A DNA stretch of 63,924 nucleotides, filler included, from Lama guanicoe (Eukaryota): the NCBI GenBank assembly GCA_013239625.1. It is 150 parts of 150 records of this genome, joined end to end, with 100 filler letters (N's around TTAATTAATTAA, not from the genome) between each part and the next. Parts side by side here need not be neighbours in the genome. Positions count along the whole stretch, not along the records: positions 37,090 to 37,416 come from PNXV01056323.1; positions 37,517 to 37,843 come from PNXV01056324.1; positions 37,944 to 38,270 come from PNXV01056325.1; positions 38,371 to 38,697 come from PNXV01056326.1; positions 38,798 to 39,124 come from PNXV01056327.1; positions 39,225 to 39,551 come from PNXV01056328.1; positions 39,652 to 39,978 come from PNXV01056329.1; positions 40,079 to 40,405 come from PNXV01056330.1; 142 more parts are not named here. The stretch is one strand, 5' to 3'. This document shows positions 36,990 through 50,150 of the stretch, piece after piece. Under the pieces are notes generated by a model that ran no database searches, had not been told where the DNA came from, and worked only from the letters and a program-made list of their open reading frames with translations. The translations under genes were made by a program, and so were the position numbers. The stretch's first letter is position 1, and the number at the start of each line of letters is the position of its first letter.

Positions 36990-37089
36990 NNNNNNNNNNN
37001 NNNNNNNNNNNNNNNNNNNNNNNNNNNNNNNNNTTAATTAATTAANNNNNNNNNNNNNNNNNNNNNNNNNNNNNNNNNNNNNNNNNNNN

Positions 37090-37416
37090 CAGTGGGGGCT
37101 GGAGCAATCTGGGGCTCCCAGGCATCGCTCCATGTAGTCTCAGGGCTTCTGCATGTGGTCTCTGAAAGAGTTAGTTTGGGCTTCCTCACAGCGTGTGGCC
37201 ACATAGCAGTCATGCTGGGTAAGTGGGGGCTCAGGGCTCTACTAACACACGTGTTTCAGTGAACAAGGCAAAGTCGCCATTGGATACGTTTTGTAACGTA
37301 GTTATGGAAGTCATGCTCTAACCCTTCTGCATTTTACTGGTGACAGGCATGTCACAAGCCCACCCAGATTCAAGGAGAAAGGAATTAGACACCACCTCTT
37401 GATGGCAGGAGAGACA
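37090..37416. mobile_element. MaLR (MLT1-type) LTR fragment
   Basis: ttgggcttcctcacagc...gtcacaagcccacccagattcaaggagaaaggaattagacaccacctcttgatgg. Confidence 0.75.
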
Positions 37417-37554
37417 NNNNNNNNNNNNNNNNNNNNNNNNNNNNNNNNNNNNNNNNNNNNTTAATTAATTAANNNNNNNNNNNNNNNNNNNNNNNNNNNN
37501 NNNNNNNNNNNNNNNNATACTCTCCTGTCTGGCTTGTTGCATTAGCCTCCTGTA

Positions 37555-37843
37555 TTTGTCAGGGTGAAGCTCTCTAGGTGCTGTAACAAACATTCCCAAC
37601 TTACAGTGGCCTAGCATAATGAAAGTTTATTTCTCACTCACCTCATTGTTTGGTGCAGGCCTAGGGCAACTCCTGGGTAGTTTCCCTCTAAGTGATGCCT
37701 TGGAGGTCCATGCTGCTCCATCATGTCTCTACTGTTCAAGAGTTCTTAGCTTCCAGCCCCATAGAAAGTAGAAAGAGAGAGCACTTAAAGCATGGGAACT
37801 TTCAGGAGCTGGACCTGGAAAGAATATACGAATCTCTCTTCCA
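37555..37843. mobile_element. MaLR (MLT1-type) LTR fragment
   Basis: gctgtaacaaac...cagtggcctagcataatgaaagtttatttctcactcac. Confidence 0.6.
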
Positions 37844-38034
37844 NNNNNNNNNNNNNNNNNNNNNNNNNNNNNNNNNNNNNNNNNNNNTTAATTAATTAAN
37901 NNNNNNNNNNNNNNNNNNNNNNNNNNNNNNNNNNNNNNNNNNNTGTGTGTGTGTGTGCACATTCCATAGATTCTAAGAGTCAGGGAATTTATACGGAAAG
38001 TTAGTTTGCTTTCCCTCAGAATCTAGAACGTACT

Positions 38035-38270
38035 TTTCTTTTTATTGAAATATAGTCAGTTTCAATGTTGTGTCAATTTCTGGTGTTCGACATAATAGTT
38101 CAGTCACACGTACACGTACACGTATTTGTCTCCATGTTCTTTTTCATTGCGGGTTTCTACAAGATGTTGAATATAGTTCCCTGTGCTCCATAGCATAAAT
38201 CTGTTGTTTATCCATTTTATGTATAGTAGTTAGTATCTGCAAATCTCGAACTCCCAGTTCATCCCTTCCC
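38035..38270 (-). mobile_element. LINE-1 extreme 3' end (camelid/cetartiodactyl type)
   Basis: ttttattgaaatatagtcagttt...gtagttagtatctgcaaatctcgaactcccagttcatcccttccc. Confidence 0.9.
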
Positions 38271-41200
38271 NNNNNNNNNNNNNNNNNNNNNNNNNNNNNN
38301 NNNNNNNNNNNNNNTTAATTAATTAANNNNNNNNNNNNNNNNNNNNNNNNNNNNNNNNNNNNNNNNNNNNGAGAGGGATTTAGATATTATCTCCTTTTCA
38401 ACCCTCAGCAGCTCAGACACAATTACGCTAAACTATAAAACAGTGCATTTAGATCCTGGCACCTATTTAAGGTGAATGGCTTTGGGTTTCAGGGAAGAAA
38501 AATGTCCTTTTTATTTCACATTCTCAAATTAGCACAAATATACATGCACACGTACATGCAGAATCATCATGAATGTAACAGCAGGAAGTGCAGACTGATG
38601 TAAAAAGCTGTCGTGTTGGTGACTCCAGGACCCCTGGTGTCATTGGCAATGCGATTTTCTATTTTAGTACATTTCTGAACAAAACAAAGTGTAATATNNN
38701 NNNNNNNNNNNNNNNNNNNNNNNNNNNNNNNNNNNNNNNNNTTAATTAATTAANNNNNNNNNNNNNNNNNNNNNNNNNNNNNNNNNNNNNNNNNNNNCTC
38801 CCAATTTACAGATAAGAAAATCGAGTCCTAGAGAGGTTAAGTGACTCGCCACAGATGATGCAGCTTCAAGTGGCAGGGCTGGGGCCTGACCCTTCCCTAC
38901 ACGGCGGCTCCTCGTCCCGGGAGTGGAGGGGACAGCCTCTCTTGGGCTTGACTTTGACAAGGTCGCCTTCCCCTCTCTCCGTCACGGTCTCTTCTTCTCT
39001 AAAACAGAGAACCAACTTCTGCCTGGCCTGTGCCCTAGACGGGAAGTGGGAGGCGGGCCAGCCTGGGAGCGCAAAGCCCGGAGCCCTGGGGGAAGACAAA
39101 ACTTCCTCACGAGGCAGGGAAGCCNNNNNNNNNNNNNNNNNNNNNNNNNNNNNNNNNNNNNNNNNNNNTTAATTAATTAANNNNNNNNNNNNNNNNNNNN
39201 NNNNNNNNNNNNNNNNNNNNNNNNTGTGTCTGTTACAGTAAATGTGATCATCTTACAGTAAAGCTGGCATCCCCGGTGATAACCAGAGAAGGCAAATCCC
39301 ATAGAGACAAAGAACAAAAGGATCTTAGTGTAAAATTCCCCTTAGGCAGTACTCTGACAATGAAAGCATTTAAAAAATATTATCAAAGAGATAGCTTAAG
39401 GTTAATTAAGGTGCTTACATAAACATGTACAACTAGTTAAAGACAGATCCAGAGTTAAAATCCAGATTTCCCCAGTTAGCACCTATTCTGTATGTTTGAG
39501 ACCTTTTTTTCTACTTAAAATACAAATCTCAAGTATCACTTAAAATACATGNNNNNNNNNNNNNNNNNNNNNNNNNNNNNNNNNNNNNNNNNNNNTTAAT
39601 TAATTAANNNNNNNNNNNNNNNNNNNNNNNNNNNNNNNNNNNNNNNNNNNNCTCTTGTATCCCAGCATTTTTTCAAGTTCTTGTGAAGTATGTATGCAGT
39701 CTAACTTTATGTGAGGCCTTCACGTGACCTGTGTTGTGACTCTGTTCCATTATGCCCGACAGAATATCAACACAGGAAGTCAGTGCGGTTGGACCTTTAG
39801 AAACCTGAAGTCACATGGTTTCTATGGGGTTTTCCCAGAACACAATAAGAGTGTAAATCTTAGATTTAAACCTGTGTGGGGCTAGATCTTGGAATTGTGG
39901 TGCTCTTACATGCTCTTCAACTGATTCTTAAGAATGGAGAATTATGGAGTGGTTTGAGAAACCACTGAAACATCCAGTNNNNNNNNNNNNNNNNNNNNNN
40001 NNNNNNNNNNNNNNNNNNNNNNTTAATTAATTAANNNNNNNNNNNNNNNNNNNNNNNNNNNNNNNNNNNNNNNNNNNNGGGCTTTAGAGCCGCTCAGCCC
40101 TGCACAGGGGCTTACCAGAGGGACCCCCAGATAGAAGGCTGCCACATGGGGGGACTGGCTCACACCCGCCCTCTTAATGTTTTTCGCTCTGTATGGGCCT
40201 AAAGCTCCCTGTAAGAACCCCAGAGAAGTCAGCCCTAGCTGCTGGCCCTCCTACAGCTCGTGTAAGCTCTGAGGTTTTAGTGTTTTCCTTCTGCATCTGC
40301 TCCTAGTCAGTCATGTGGCTTCATAGTCACTTCACTTCTTTTAAGTCATCTTTTAAGGTGCAGTTCATATGCTCCCTCCTTCAGGAAGTCCTCCATTAAC
40401 ACCCCNNNNNNNNNNNNNNNNNNNNNNNNNNNNNNNNNNNNNNNNNNNNTTAATTAATTAANNNNNNNNNNNNNNNNNNNNNNNNNNNNNNNNNNNNNNN
40501 NNNNNGGAGTCTGTTTGTGCTAGAGTCAGGTCTGAGGGCAAACTGTGCAGGGTCCGCTCCGAGCTGGGACCGGTCTGGACTCAGCACCCTCCTGTACTTA
40601 ACCTGACGCTGGGCGCAGTTAAAAACTGGACAGTCACAGCTTCCTCCACTACATTCCCAGGCTCGAACTAGAGGTGGATTCTGCACATGCTGCCAGGCCT
40701 TGCCTGCTCTGTTCCTGGGCCCCAGAGGCTGGAGATGGCCCGAACAATGTCCTTGCCCCACCCTCCCTCCATAGTGTCCAAGCCCCTGGCTCCAGTGTTT
40801 AGCCTTGTCTGTCTGGGTCTCCAGGAGAGTCGNNNNNNNNNNNNNNNNNNNNNNNNNNNNNNNNNNNNNNNNNNNNTTAATTAATTAANNNNNNNNNNNN
40901 NNNNNNNNNNNNNNNNNNNNNNNNNNNNNNNNTCGGGATCCTTTAAAACGCCGCGGCAAGGAGACAGCACCGCCACCCCTTGTGAACATCAGTCAAACAG
41001 CAACGGACGCGACTCGGGGGAGTTTACATCTGTTTTACTCTTAAAAGCCTCTTGGAAGAACAATTGATGCGTTCATTTGCTTCCTCTGTCACGCTGATGA
41101 AGCCGCCTTGGCCGCGGCACAGAGATCTGGGACGGGTGTGTCAGGTCTCTGTCTGCTTGACCTCGTGCTCTTCAGTCGAACTTAAACTTGGTAAGAGCAA

Positions 41201-41369
41201 GCGATCTCATGTGTATGCAAAGGATAAAGCGCCCAGAGCCTCCGCTCATCAGCACTGGANNNNNNNNNNNNNNNNNNNNNNNNNNNNNNNNNNNNNNNNN
41301 NNNTTAATTAATTAANNNNNNNNNNNNNNNNNNNNNNNNNNNNNNNNNNNNNNNNNNNNCCATGCTTTT

Positions 41370-41530
41370 TATTCTCTATGCCTTAATTTCCTCATCTACA
41401 AAATGGGGATAGTAATAACTCCTGTCTCATAGGTTTCTGTGAGATTTAAATGCATTAATTTTCATGAAGTGCTTAGAAGAACTCCTGGCACATGGTAGGC
41501 ACTCAAAATGTTAACTGATATTTTGTCATT
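41370..41530. mobile_element. MIR SINE fragment
   Basis: tttcctcatctacaaaatggggatagtaata...gtgcttagaagaactcctggcacatggtaggcactca. Confidence 0.85.
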
Positions 41531-43920
41531 ATTATTGTCATGTCTGAGCAGTACTCTGGCTTCCAGAGTTGCCTTCTTAGCACAGTTGATCCTCATCAAT
41601 TAGAGATTCTGTATTTGTAAGCCTGACAACTAGCTAGAATTTATTTACAGCCCTGAAACCACTGCTTGCAGGCCCTTTACTTCATTNNNNNNNNNNNNNN
41701 NNNNNNNNNNNNNNNNNNNNNNNNNNNNNNTTAATTAATTAANNNNNNNNNNNNNNNNNNNNNNNNNNNNNNNNNNNNNNNNNNNNAGCAAGTCCTGTCT
41801 GCCTGTGGAAACACGAGCAGGCTGAGATACAACAGGAACGGTCAGTCTCAGTTGTGAGATGAGGAAGAGGCTGTGACAGTGTCAGATTTGCTGTTCGGAG
41901 GAAACTCAGATGCTGCCTGAAGACGTGACAACATAGTGACCCTGAGTCAGACCTGGTCCCAGGCACAGCGCAGGAATGTCCCAGTAGGGAGAGCACAAGG
42001 TAGGTTTTAGTCTCACTTCCCTATGGTGCTGGGGCACCGTGTGAGGATTACTGCTGCTGTACTGTGCAGCACAGTAATAGTCAGCCTCGTCCTCGGGCTG
42101 CAGCCCAGAGATGNNNNNNNNNNNNNNNNNNNNNNNNNNNNNNNNNNNNNNNNNNNNTTAATTAATTAANNNNNNNNNNNNNNNNNNNNNNNNNNNNNNN
42201 NNNNNNNNNNNNNAAAGTCTCTGCTTACTGTTGAACTTTAAGACTAGAGAATAAAATTGTAAAATAAATGGCTCTGAATGATAATAAATGTCTGACTCCA
42301 GATTTTCAATTCAACTAAACAAGGAACTTAAATCCTGTTAAAATATTGAGTTGGCACTTACTCCATGAAGTTCTAGTTGTGTGTTCCCACTTCAAACAAA
42401 CAAACACACAAAAGTCTTTTTTAACCCTTGATCCCCCTCCCCCACCCAGCTAGTATCCTATTTCTGTAATGAATTGGGGTTCTTGGCAGAGTTTTTTTAT
42501 GTCTCTTCTTCCTGATTTTGCATTAACTCCTCAAATCATGNNNNNNNNNNNNNNNNNNNNNNNNNNNNNNNNNNNNNNNNNNNNTTAATTAATTAANNNN
42601 NNNNNNNNNNNNNNNNNNNNNNNNNNNNNNNNNNNNNNNNGTCGCAGTGGCTGTAACAACGTGCTTACTTTCTTGCGTTTGGGACTTGGGAGAGACGGGG
42701 TGTTGTGAGGAAGCTCTCTGATGGTGTTAGCAGCCAGACTTCCTTCTGAAACACTCACATGTCTGAGAAAATTGTCCTAATATTAAACAGCTATAAATTG
42801 GGTCAGTATCAGGTGAGTTTCAAATAATTTGTGAACCTCCCATACAGATATCTGAACCCTGCCTGGAAGTTGTCTCTGTCTTAGTGATCCCTTTTGAAAT
42901 ATATATGTAAGAATAAAGCAGAATTCTTAGTGACCAGTCATATTAGAGAGGAATCCCACTGAAGGGTNNNNNNNNNNNNNNNNNNNNNNNNNNNNNNNNN
43001 NNNNNNNNNNNTTAATTAATTAANNNNNNNNNNNNNNNNNNNNNNNNNNNNNNNNNNNNNNNNNNNNTCAATTTTGGAAACACCCTTGCTCTTCACCATA
43101 TCAAATATGTTAAAGTGATCACATATTTTACATTAAATATAATTTTCCTATAAAATGTTTGAAGGAATTTTAATAATACATCAATTAAATTTTTATTATT
43201 ATTTTTTTTTCAATTTGAGACAACAGCAAACATTCTTGGAGGTCCTTTGGTTTTCTGGCCCCAGACTCTGCACCTGGGCTATCCAACGGCTCTGGACTCA
43301 CTTTTTAAATTAAAAGGATCCTTGATTTAAAATGTTTCAGGTGTATAGTTTTTCAAGATATTGAATATAGTTCCCTGTGCTATATAGTAAGTCNNNNNNN
43401 NNNNNNNNNNNNNNNNNNNNNNNNNNNNNNNNNNNNNTTAATTAATTAANNNNNNNNNNNNNNNNNNNNNNNNNNNNNNNNNNNNNNNNNNNNATTGTAA
43501 ACTGACTATACTTCAATAAAAAAATAAAGTGTATCTCTTTAGAAAAATAAATGTTTAGAAATAACCAGGGAAATTCTGAAAGAAAAATGAGTACCAACAA
43601 GTCTTACCAATTATTGAGACAAATCGTAAGGGTATAGGAATGAAAATACACTGGTACTGTTTCACAGCTGACAACAAGATCAATGGAATGCAATAGGAAG
43701 TTCAGAAAAAAGTAGTCCGAGGAGAATTTAATATATTGAAAAATGATATTTCAATTCGTTGGTGAAAAGATGGATTATGCAGTAAATGGTGTTGAGATAA
43801 TCAGCTTGTGGTTTGGCAAANNNNNNNNNNNNNNNNNNNNNNNNNNNNNNNNNNNNNNNNNNNNTTAATTAATTAANNNNNNNNNNNNNNNNNNNNNNNN
43901 NNNNNNNNNNNNNNNNNNNN

Positions 43921-44247
43921 AAGAATGCCATTGGTATTTTGATAGGGATTGCATTGACTCTGTAGATTGTCTGAGGGTAGTATGGCCATTTTTAAAATAA
44001 TATTTTTTCTAATTGATGAGCATGGTCTATCTTTCCATTTGTTTCTGTCTTCTTCAGTTTCTGTCAAAAGTGTCATAGTTTTCCAAGTACAGGTCTTTTA
44101 CCTCCTTAGATTTATTTCTAGGAATTTTGTCATTTTAATGCAATTGTAAAGGAAATTGTTTTCCTAATTTTCTCTTTCTGAGAATTCATTGTTAATGAAT
44201 AGAAATGCAACAGATTTCTGTATATTAATTTTGTATCCTGCAACTTT
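43921..44247 (-). mobile_element. LINE-1 ORF2 fragment
   Basis: Minus-strand translation ETEEDRNKWKDRPCSSIRKNIILKMAILP corresponds to the L1 NKWKDIPCSWIGRINIVKMAILP motif. Confidence 0.93.
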
Positions 44248-45629
44248 NNNNNNNNNNNNNNNNNNNNNNNNNNNNNNNNNNNNNNNNNNNNTTAATTAAT
44301 TAANNNNNNNNNNNNNNNNNNNNNNNNNNNNNNNNNNNNNNNNNNNNTTTTTTTCCCACATTTTTATCATGGTAATTAATTTCAATATACTATCTGTACT
44401 TTCTATTACAAATTTTGGCACTACATTTTGCACATTTTTTTACAATAACTCTTACCAATTACAGACCTTTAAGAAGCCTATATCATTATTTCCTCTGCCC
44501 TCACAAATATTTGGTCCTATTCAGCGTCTTCTCACATAACCACAATCTTTCCTCTAGAAGTTACTTTTCCTTGATTTTTTCTAGTCCATTTGTGAATACA
44601 CATGTGTTTTCCAAAGCTGTGTTATGCGTGACCAACCCCAAGGGTTTAAAATTGATTAAATTTTATTGATACACNNNNNNNNNNNNNNNNNNNNNNNNNN
44701 NNNNNNNNNNNNNNNNNNTTAATTAATTAANNNNNNNNNNNNNNNNNNNNNNNNNNNNNNNNNNNNNNNNNNNNGAGATCCAAGCCTAGACACTAGACAC
44801 ACGTGTTAAGTCATTCAGTCATCATGATGACCTTTAAGATACTAGCTGTCGGGTCCATTATATGGATGGACAATCTGAGGCTGAGAAAGACAAGTGATTA
44901 TTGTCAGGTGTCATCAGTCTTAGATGGAAGTGTCAGTACTCAGCCCAAGCCTGGCTCTCAGGTCCTGTTCTTTGATGCCTCACAGATGAAGAGAGTGGAG
45001 AACTGAAGCCCAGGTGTCCCAAGGGAGTCAGGTGACCAGCAAAGGAATCCTGTACCAGCTGTCCTGAAGGTGCACTGAGCCTGGATCCCCCGGGGCTGCT
45101 TNNNNNNNNNNNNNNNNNNNNNNNNNNNNNNNNNNNNNNNNNNNNTTAATTAATTAANNNNNNNNNNNNNNNNNNNNNNNNNNNNNNNNNNNNNNNNNNN
45201 NATGATGAAAATTATTAACTGAAAATTGGTTTCTTACATTGATGGATATATAATATAGTTCTATTTCAAAAATGCTTGTATAAGAAAACTCTTCTTTAAA
45301 AAAAACTTCTTGAAAAATAAAAATGTACATTGAAGAAAAAATTTAAAAGAATTTCTCTATGCTGATTTGAACATTAAGAATCATGGAAGCAGAATAATTA
45401 TCCTTGGCACATATTCACCTGCTTTAATCAGTTTCTTAACTGCATCTATCTGTGTCACTTACTTTTCTGAAGATTCTTTATTTTTTTTTTAGTGTGGTCT
45501 TATTATTTTAAATCTTTCTGCAATATTGCNNNNNNNNNNNNNNNNNNNNNNNNNNNNNNNNNNNNNNNNNNNNTTAATTAATTAANNNNNNNNNNNNNNN
45601 NNNNNNNNNNNNNNNNNNNNNNNNNNNNN

Positions 45630-45903
45630 TGCGGTAGGCGGCCAGCTGCACGGCGCTGCAGGGGAAGAGGCGCAGGCAGGCCACCGCGTTCCCCTTCCAC
45701 AGCGCGCGGGGCCCCTCGGTCCGCCACACGCGGAGCCCCGCTGCCCACGGCCCCCGGGCGCGGCCGCGCACGACGCCGACCTGGGCCAGCACGGTGGCGA
45801 GCTCCAGCGGCGCGGTGAGGCTGAGGCTGAGCGACCCCGCCAGCCCCGCGCACAGCAGCCGTTGGCTGCCCGTCAGCCGGCCGTCTCGCCGCCAAGTCGC
45901 CAT
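45630..45903 (-). CDS. SLC25A43: Solute carrier family 25 member 43 (mitochondrial carrier), coding exon 1
   Basis: MATWRRDGRLTGSQRLLCAGLAGSLSLSLTAPLELATVLAQVG...EGPRALWKGNAVACLRLFPCSAVQLAAYR matches the recalled SLC25A43 N-terminus. The carrier motif EGxxxLWKG is present and the sequence lies in a CpG island. Confidence 0.95.
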
Positions 45904-46169
45904 CGCGCCCCGCCGGCCCGAGCCCCCGCCGGCCCGCAGATCGCGTGGCTCCCGCCTNNNNNNNNNNNNNNNNNNNNNNNNNNNNNNNNNNNNNNNNNNN
46001 NTTAATTAATTAANNNNNNNNNNNNNNNNNNNNNNNNNNNNNNNNNNNNNNNNNNNNGATTTGATGCCAGACCGTCCAGTAAAAACAGTGAATGTAAGTA
46101 GTGGTAATCGAGCTGTCTCATTCATGACCGTGTACAAAATAATATTGACTTAAAAATATATATAGAGAT

Positions 46170-46384
46170 TCATATATAATCGAAGTATAGTCAGTTTACA
46201 ATGCTGTGTCAATTTCTGGTGTACAGCAAAATGCGTCAGTCATATGTGAACATGCATACATTCATTTTCATATTCTGTTTCAGTATAAAGATATTGAATA
46301 TAGTTCTGTTTATCTATTTTATATGTATATTAGATTGTATCTGCAAGTCTCAAACTCCCAATTTATCCCTTCCTACCCTTTAAC
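46170..46384 (-). mobile_element. LINE-1 extreme 3' end
   Basis: gaagtatagtcagtttacaatgctgtgtcaatttctggtgtacagca...caaactcccaatttatcccttcc. Confidence 0.9.
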
Positions 46385-47397
46385 NNNNNNNNNNNNNNNN
46401 NNNNNNNNNNNNNNNNNNNNNNNNNNNNTTAATTAATTAANNNNNNNNNNNNNNNNNNNNNNNNNNNNNNNNNNNNNNNNNNNNCAGTGGTTTTAAAACA
46501 TGATACAGCATGATGATTTTAACACAAAATTTCATGGGAACCTCAGTATAGGAAACAACATACAAATTCCTTAGATTTTAATTTTTGGTTGTAGAAAGGA
46601 AAATAATAACTTTTATAGATGAATTTAAACAGCTCAGTAGAGACTTAAGATTCTGGGTTGAATGGACTGGAAACCATCACAATCAATTGCATAGCTCTGT
46701 GTTACTATCTGAAAAATGGGCTTCTCTGGCTCTTTTCTCTCACACAGGTTTTTCAAGGACATTCAACCAAACCATGTATAAATGCCAGAATTTCTAGTGA
46801 GCCTAGAAGAANNNNNNNNNNNNNNNNNNNNNNNNNNNNNNNNNNNNNNNNNNNNTTAATTAATTAANNNNNNNNNNNNNNNNNNNNNNNNNNNNNNNNN
46901 NNNNNNNNNNNGAGGTGGGAGTTGAGGGGAAAAGCAGCCCCTGGTTCTCCTTTTCAAAGGAATACTCATTATAAACTTGACATATGTTCTTGGCTTTCAG
47001 CTCCCTAAAATGTAGGGGAGACATTGTCTTCCTAGGAACATCATGGCCCATCAAAACAATCCATTAGGCATCTGCCATGACTTCAGGGTATCTAATTTAT
47101 CATTTTATCTAAAGCTACTTCCTAAGCAATCATTCTGTAAGGATTATCACAAGCATTGCAATGACCAGATCCTAACAGTGTCTTTGCTGAGTCTGGTAAA
47201 AACATGGGCATCACCCAGCTTTATTTGGGTCTTCTAGTCNNNNNNNNNNNNNNNNNNNNNNNNNNNNNNNNNNNNNNNNNNNNTTAATTAATTAANNNNN
47301 NNNNNNNNNNNNNNNNNNNNNNNNNNNNNNNNNNNNNNNTTTGCTCACTCTCTTCCTTATTTCTGCAAAAATATATACAAATTATTCTCAAGTGTAT

Positions 47398-47530
47398 GGG
47401 GAGGGGGTGCCTATAGCTCAGTGGGAGAGTGCTTGCCCCAGTACCTCATTAAATAAATAAATAAATAAGTAAACCTAATTGCCCACCTCCCCACCAAACA
47501 AACATACTTTTTTTTAAATTAAAAAAAAAA
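47398..47530 (+). mobile_element. Vic-1-like camelid tRNA-derived SINE, internally deleted, with target-site duplication
   Basis: gggaggggg...tatagctcagtgggagagtgc (A box), ccccagtacctcattaaataaataa...aaacctaatt, then an A tail. Flanked by aagtgtatgg (47390) and aagtatatgg (47530). Confidence 0.8.
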
Positions 47531-47557
47531 AGTATATGGACAATGAATATAAAAATT

Positions 47558-47667
47558 AATAAACAGAAACCTCAATTAAATAGTTAGGAGACCAGAAGGG
47601 GGAGCTCTCACATACTGTAACAATAGTAGAGCCCAGCAGGAAGAAGAAATACTCCTTTCCTGGCAAG
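47558..47667. mobile_element. Probable ERV LTR start
   Basis: aacagaaacctcaattaaa...ggagaccagaagggggagctctcac resembles recalled cetartiodactyl ERV1 LTRs. Confidence 0.45.
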
Positions 47668-47767
47668 NNNNNNNNNNNNNNNNNNNNNNNNNNNNNNNNN
47701 NNNNNNNNNNNTTAATTAATTAANNNNNNNNNNNNNNNNNNNNNNNNNNNNNNNNNNNNNNNNNNNN

Positions 47768-48094
47768 TTCTGAACACAATGCCATGAAACTAGAAATCAA
47801 CTACAGCAAAACATAGCAGAAAAAATTGACAGCATGATGATTAAACAACATGATACTAGGAAACCAATGGGTCAATGTTAAATTCAAAGAAGAAATAAAA
47901 AAATACTTTGAGGCAAATGACAAAAATCACAACCACACAAAATCTATGGGATGCAGCAAGAGCAGTCCTAAGAAGAAAATTCATTGCAATAACGGCCTTC
48001 CTCAAAAAAGATAAACAATCTGAAATAAGCAACCTAATCAACCAACTAAAAGAATTAGAAAAAGAAGAGCAAACAAAACCTAAAGCCAGCAGAA
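47768..48094 (+). mobile_element. LINE-1 ORF2 fragment, end of endonuclease domain
   Basis: SEHNAMKLEIN and [27 protein letters not shown]...[16 protein letters not shown], with stops and a frameshift. Confidence 0.95.
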
Positions 48095-49478
48095 NNNNNN
48101 NNNNNNNNNNNNNNNNNNNNNNNNNNNNNNNNNNNNNNTTAATTAATTAANNNNNNNNNNNNNNNNNNNNNNNNNNNNNNNNNNNNNNNNNNNNTGGCTC
48201 AGCAGCTTTCACGGCTAAAAGCTTCCACCAACTACACAAAATTACTGGCTCGACTTCTCTCATTCTGTGCTTTCTACGCCAGCTAAAATTCCTTTACATC
48301 TCATCACTTTGGATTTCAATCCACGGCCCGATACTGTGTTTTGTAGATAAAGTGTGATTGTTCTATAGGACGCTATCTATTGATGAGCATTTTATTCTCT
48401 AGACCTAAACAGTACAATTGACTTCCACCCTACAGCTTTTCCTGTAACTGGAGAAACAATAATGAAGCTTACACTGACGTCACTCCCCAGGGAACTGCCG
48501 GACTCACAGCTTGTCCCATCACNNNNNNNNNNNNNNNNNNNNNNNNNNNNNNNNNNNNNNNNNNNNTTAATTAATTAANNNNNNNNNNNNNNNNNNNNNN
48601 NNNNNNNNNNNNNNNNNNNNNNAAGCACCGTCCTGGATACAAGCACCAAAGCTTCCATTGGAAGGTTTCTCCCTGGTTCTGTGTGAACCCGAGAGAGGGT
48701 CCTCTATCAATATTCCCCTCTGAATTTTCAGGTCTCCTACATCTTTGGAAAGCTCCATCACTGAAATGAATCATATTTTTCTTTCCTTCTCATCCTCTCA
48801 GCAAACCTGGGCTCCCACTCTTCCTTCCAGCTTGCTGTCATACAGGATCCCACAAAGTCCCTTCTGGTGATTCTGCTTTGTTGGTGTTGTAGGCAGACTG
48901 GGTAGGGGGTCTGCAGAGCAGAGGAGGCAGGCACAGCTTTTTGTCATAAGNNNNNNNNNNNNNNNNNNNNNNNNNNNNNNNNNNNNNNNNNNNNTTAATT
49001 AATTAANNNNNNNNNNNNNNNNNNNNNNNNNNNNNNNNNNNNNNNNNNNNACATTGTAAAATGACTATAACTCAATGGAAAAATGTTAAAAAAAAAGCAG
49101 TCAAAGGTTAACTCAGGTAAATGTGCAGTGAGAAGAAATAATAAACTATACATGGAAACACTAAAACAAAGCAATATATTAGTTATAAGATAAGATGAGG
49201 CCAAATAAGAAATGAAAAATTATTTACTCAGCTGATTGAAAATTCAAGTTCAATGAAGATATGGCAAATTATAATGAATACATATGCATATACTTATTGT
49301 GATTGGATGTATATCCTATGACCTGAAACTTGTTTCTTAATGATGTCATGGAAATAGACTTTCGTTTTTTTTTTTTTTNNNNNNNNNNNNNNNNNNNNNN
49401 NNNNNNNNNNNNNNNNNNNNNNTTAATTAATTAANNNNNNNNNNNNNNNNNNNNNNNNNNNNNNNNNNNNNNNNNNNN

Positions 49479-49805
49479 CTGTATTGCATACATACATCAC
49501 CTCTTCTTTATTCAGTTGTTGAGGGGCACTTAGGTGGCTTAGATATATTGGCTACTGTAAATAATGATGAATTGAACATATATGTGCATATATTTTTATG
49601 GATTAGTGTTTCATATTCTTCAATTCTTAAAAAAAATACCCAGGGGTACAATTACTGGATCATATGAGAATTCAATTTTTAGTTTTTTGAGGAATCTCCA
49701 TAATGTTTTCCATAGTGGCTTCACCAATTTACATTTCATCAATAGTGCACAAGGGTTCATTTTCTTCACATTGTAACAAAACTTATTGGTGTCTTTTTTT
49801 TTTTT
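49479..49805 (-). mobile_element. LINE-1 3' fragment
   Basis: attactggatcatatg...tttttagttttttgaggaatctccataatgttttccatagtggcttcaccaatttacatt. Confidence 0.9.
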
Positions 49806-49905
49806 NNNNNNNNNNNNNNNNNNNNNNNNNNNNNNNNNNNNNNNNNNNNTTAATTAATTAANNNNNNNNNNNNNNNNNNNNNNNNNNNNNNNNNNNNNNN
49901 NNNNN

Positions 49906-50150
49906 CAGGGGAGAAAGGGGGTGGGAAGGGATAAATTGGGAGTTTGAGATTTGCGGACAGTAACTACTATATATAAAATAGATAACAAGTTTATACTGTA
50001 TAGCACAGGGAATATATTCAGTATTTTGTAGTAACTTACAGTGAAAAATACTATGAAAATGAATAGATGTATTTTCATGTATGACTGAAGCATGGGGCTG
50101 CACACCAGAAACTGACACACTGTAAACTGATTATACTTCAATAAAAAAAT
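49906..50150 (+). mobile_element. LINE-1 extreme 3' end with AATAAA and A tail
   Basis: gggtgggaagggataaattgggagtttgagatttgc...cacaccagaaactgacacactgtaaactgattatacttcaataaaaaaa. Confidence 0.92.

Noticed and set aside
47413..47432. tRNA gene (TAGCTCAGTGG A box)
   Set aside because: There is no B box or cloverleaf. The A-rich tail and TSDs indicate a SINE.
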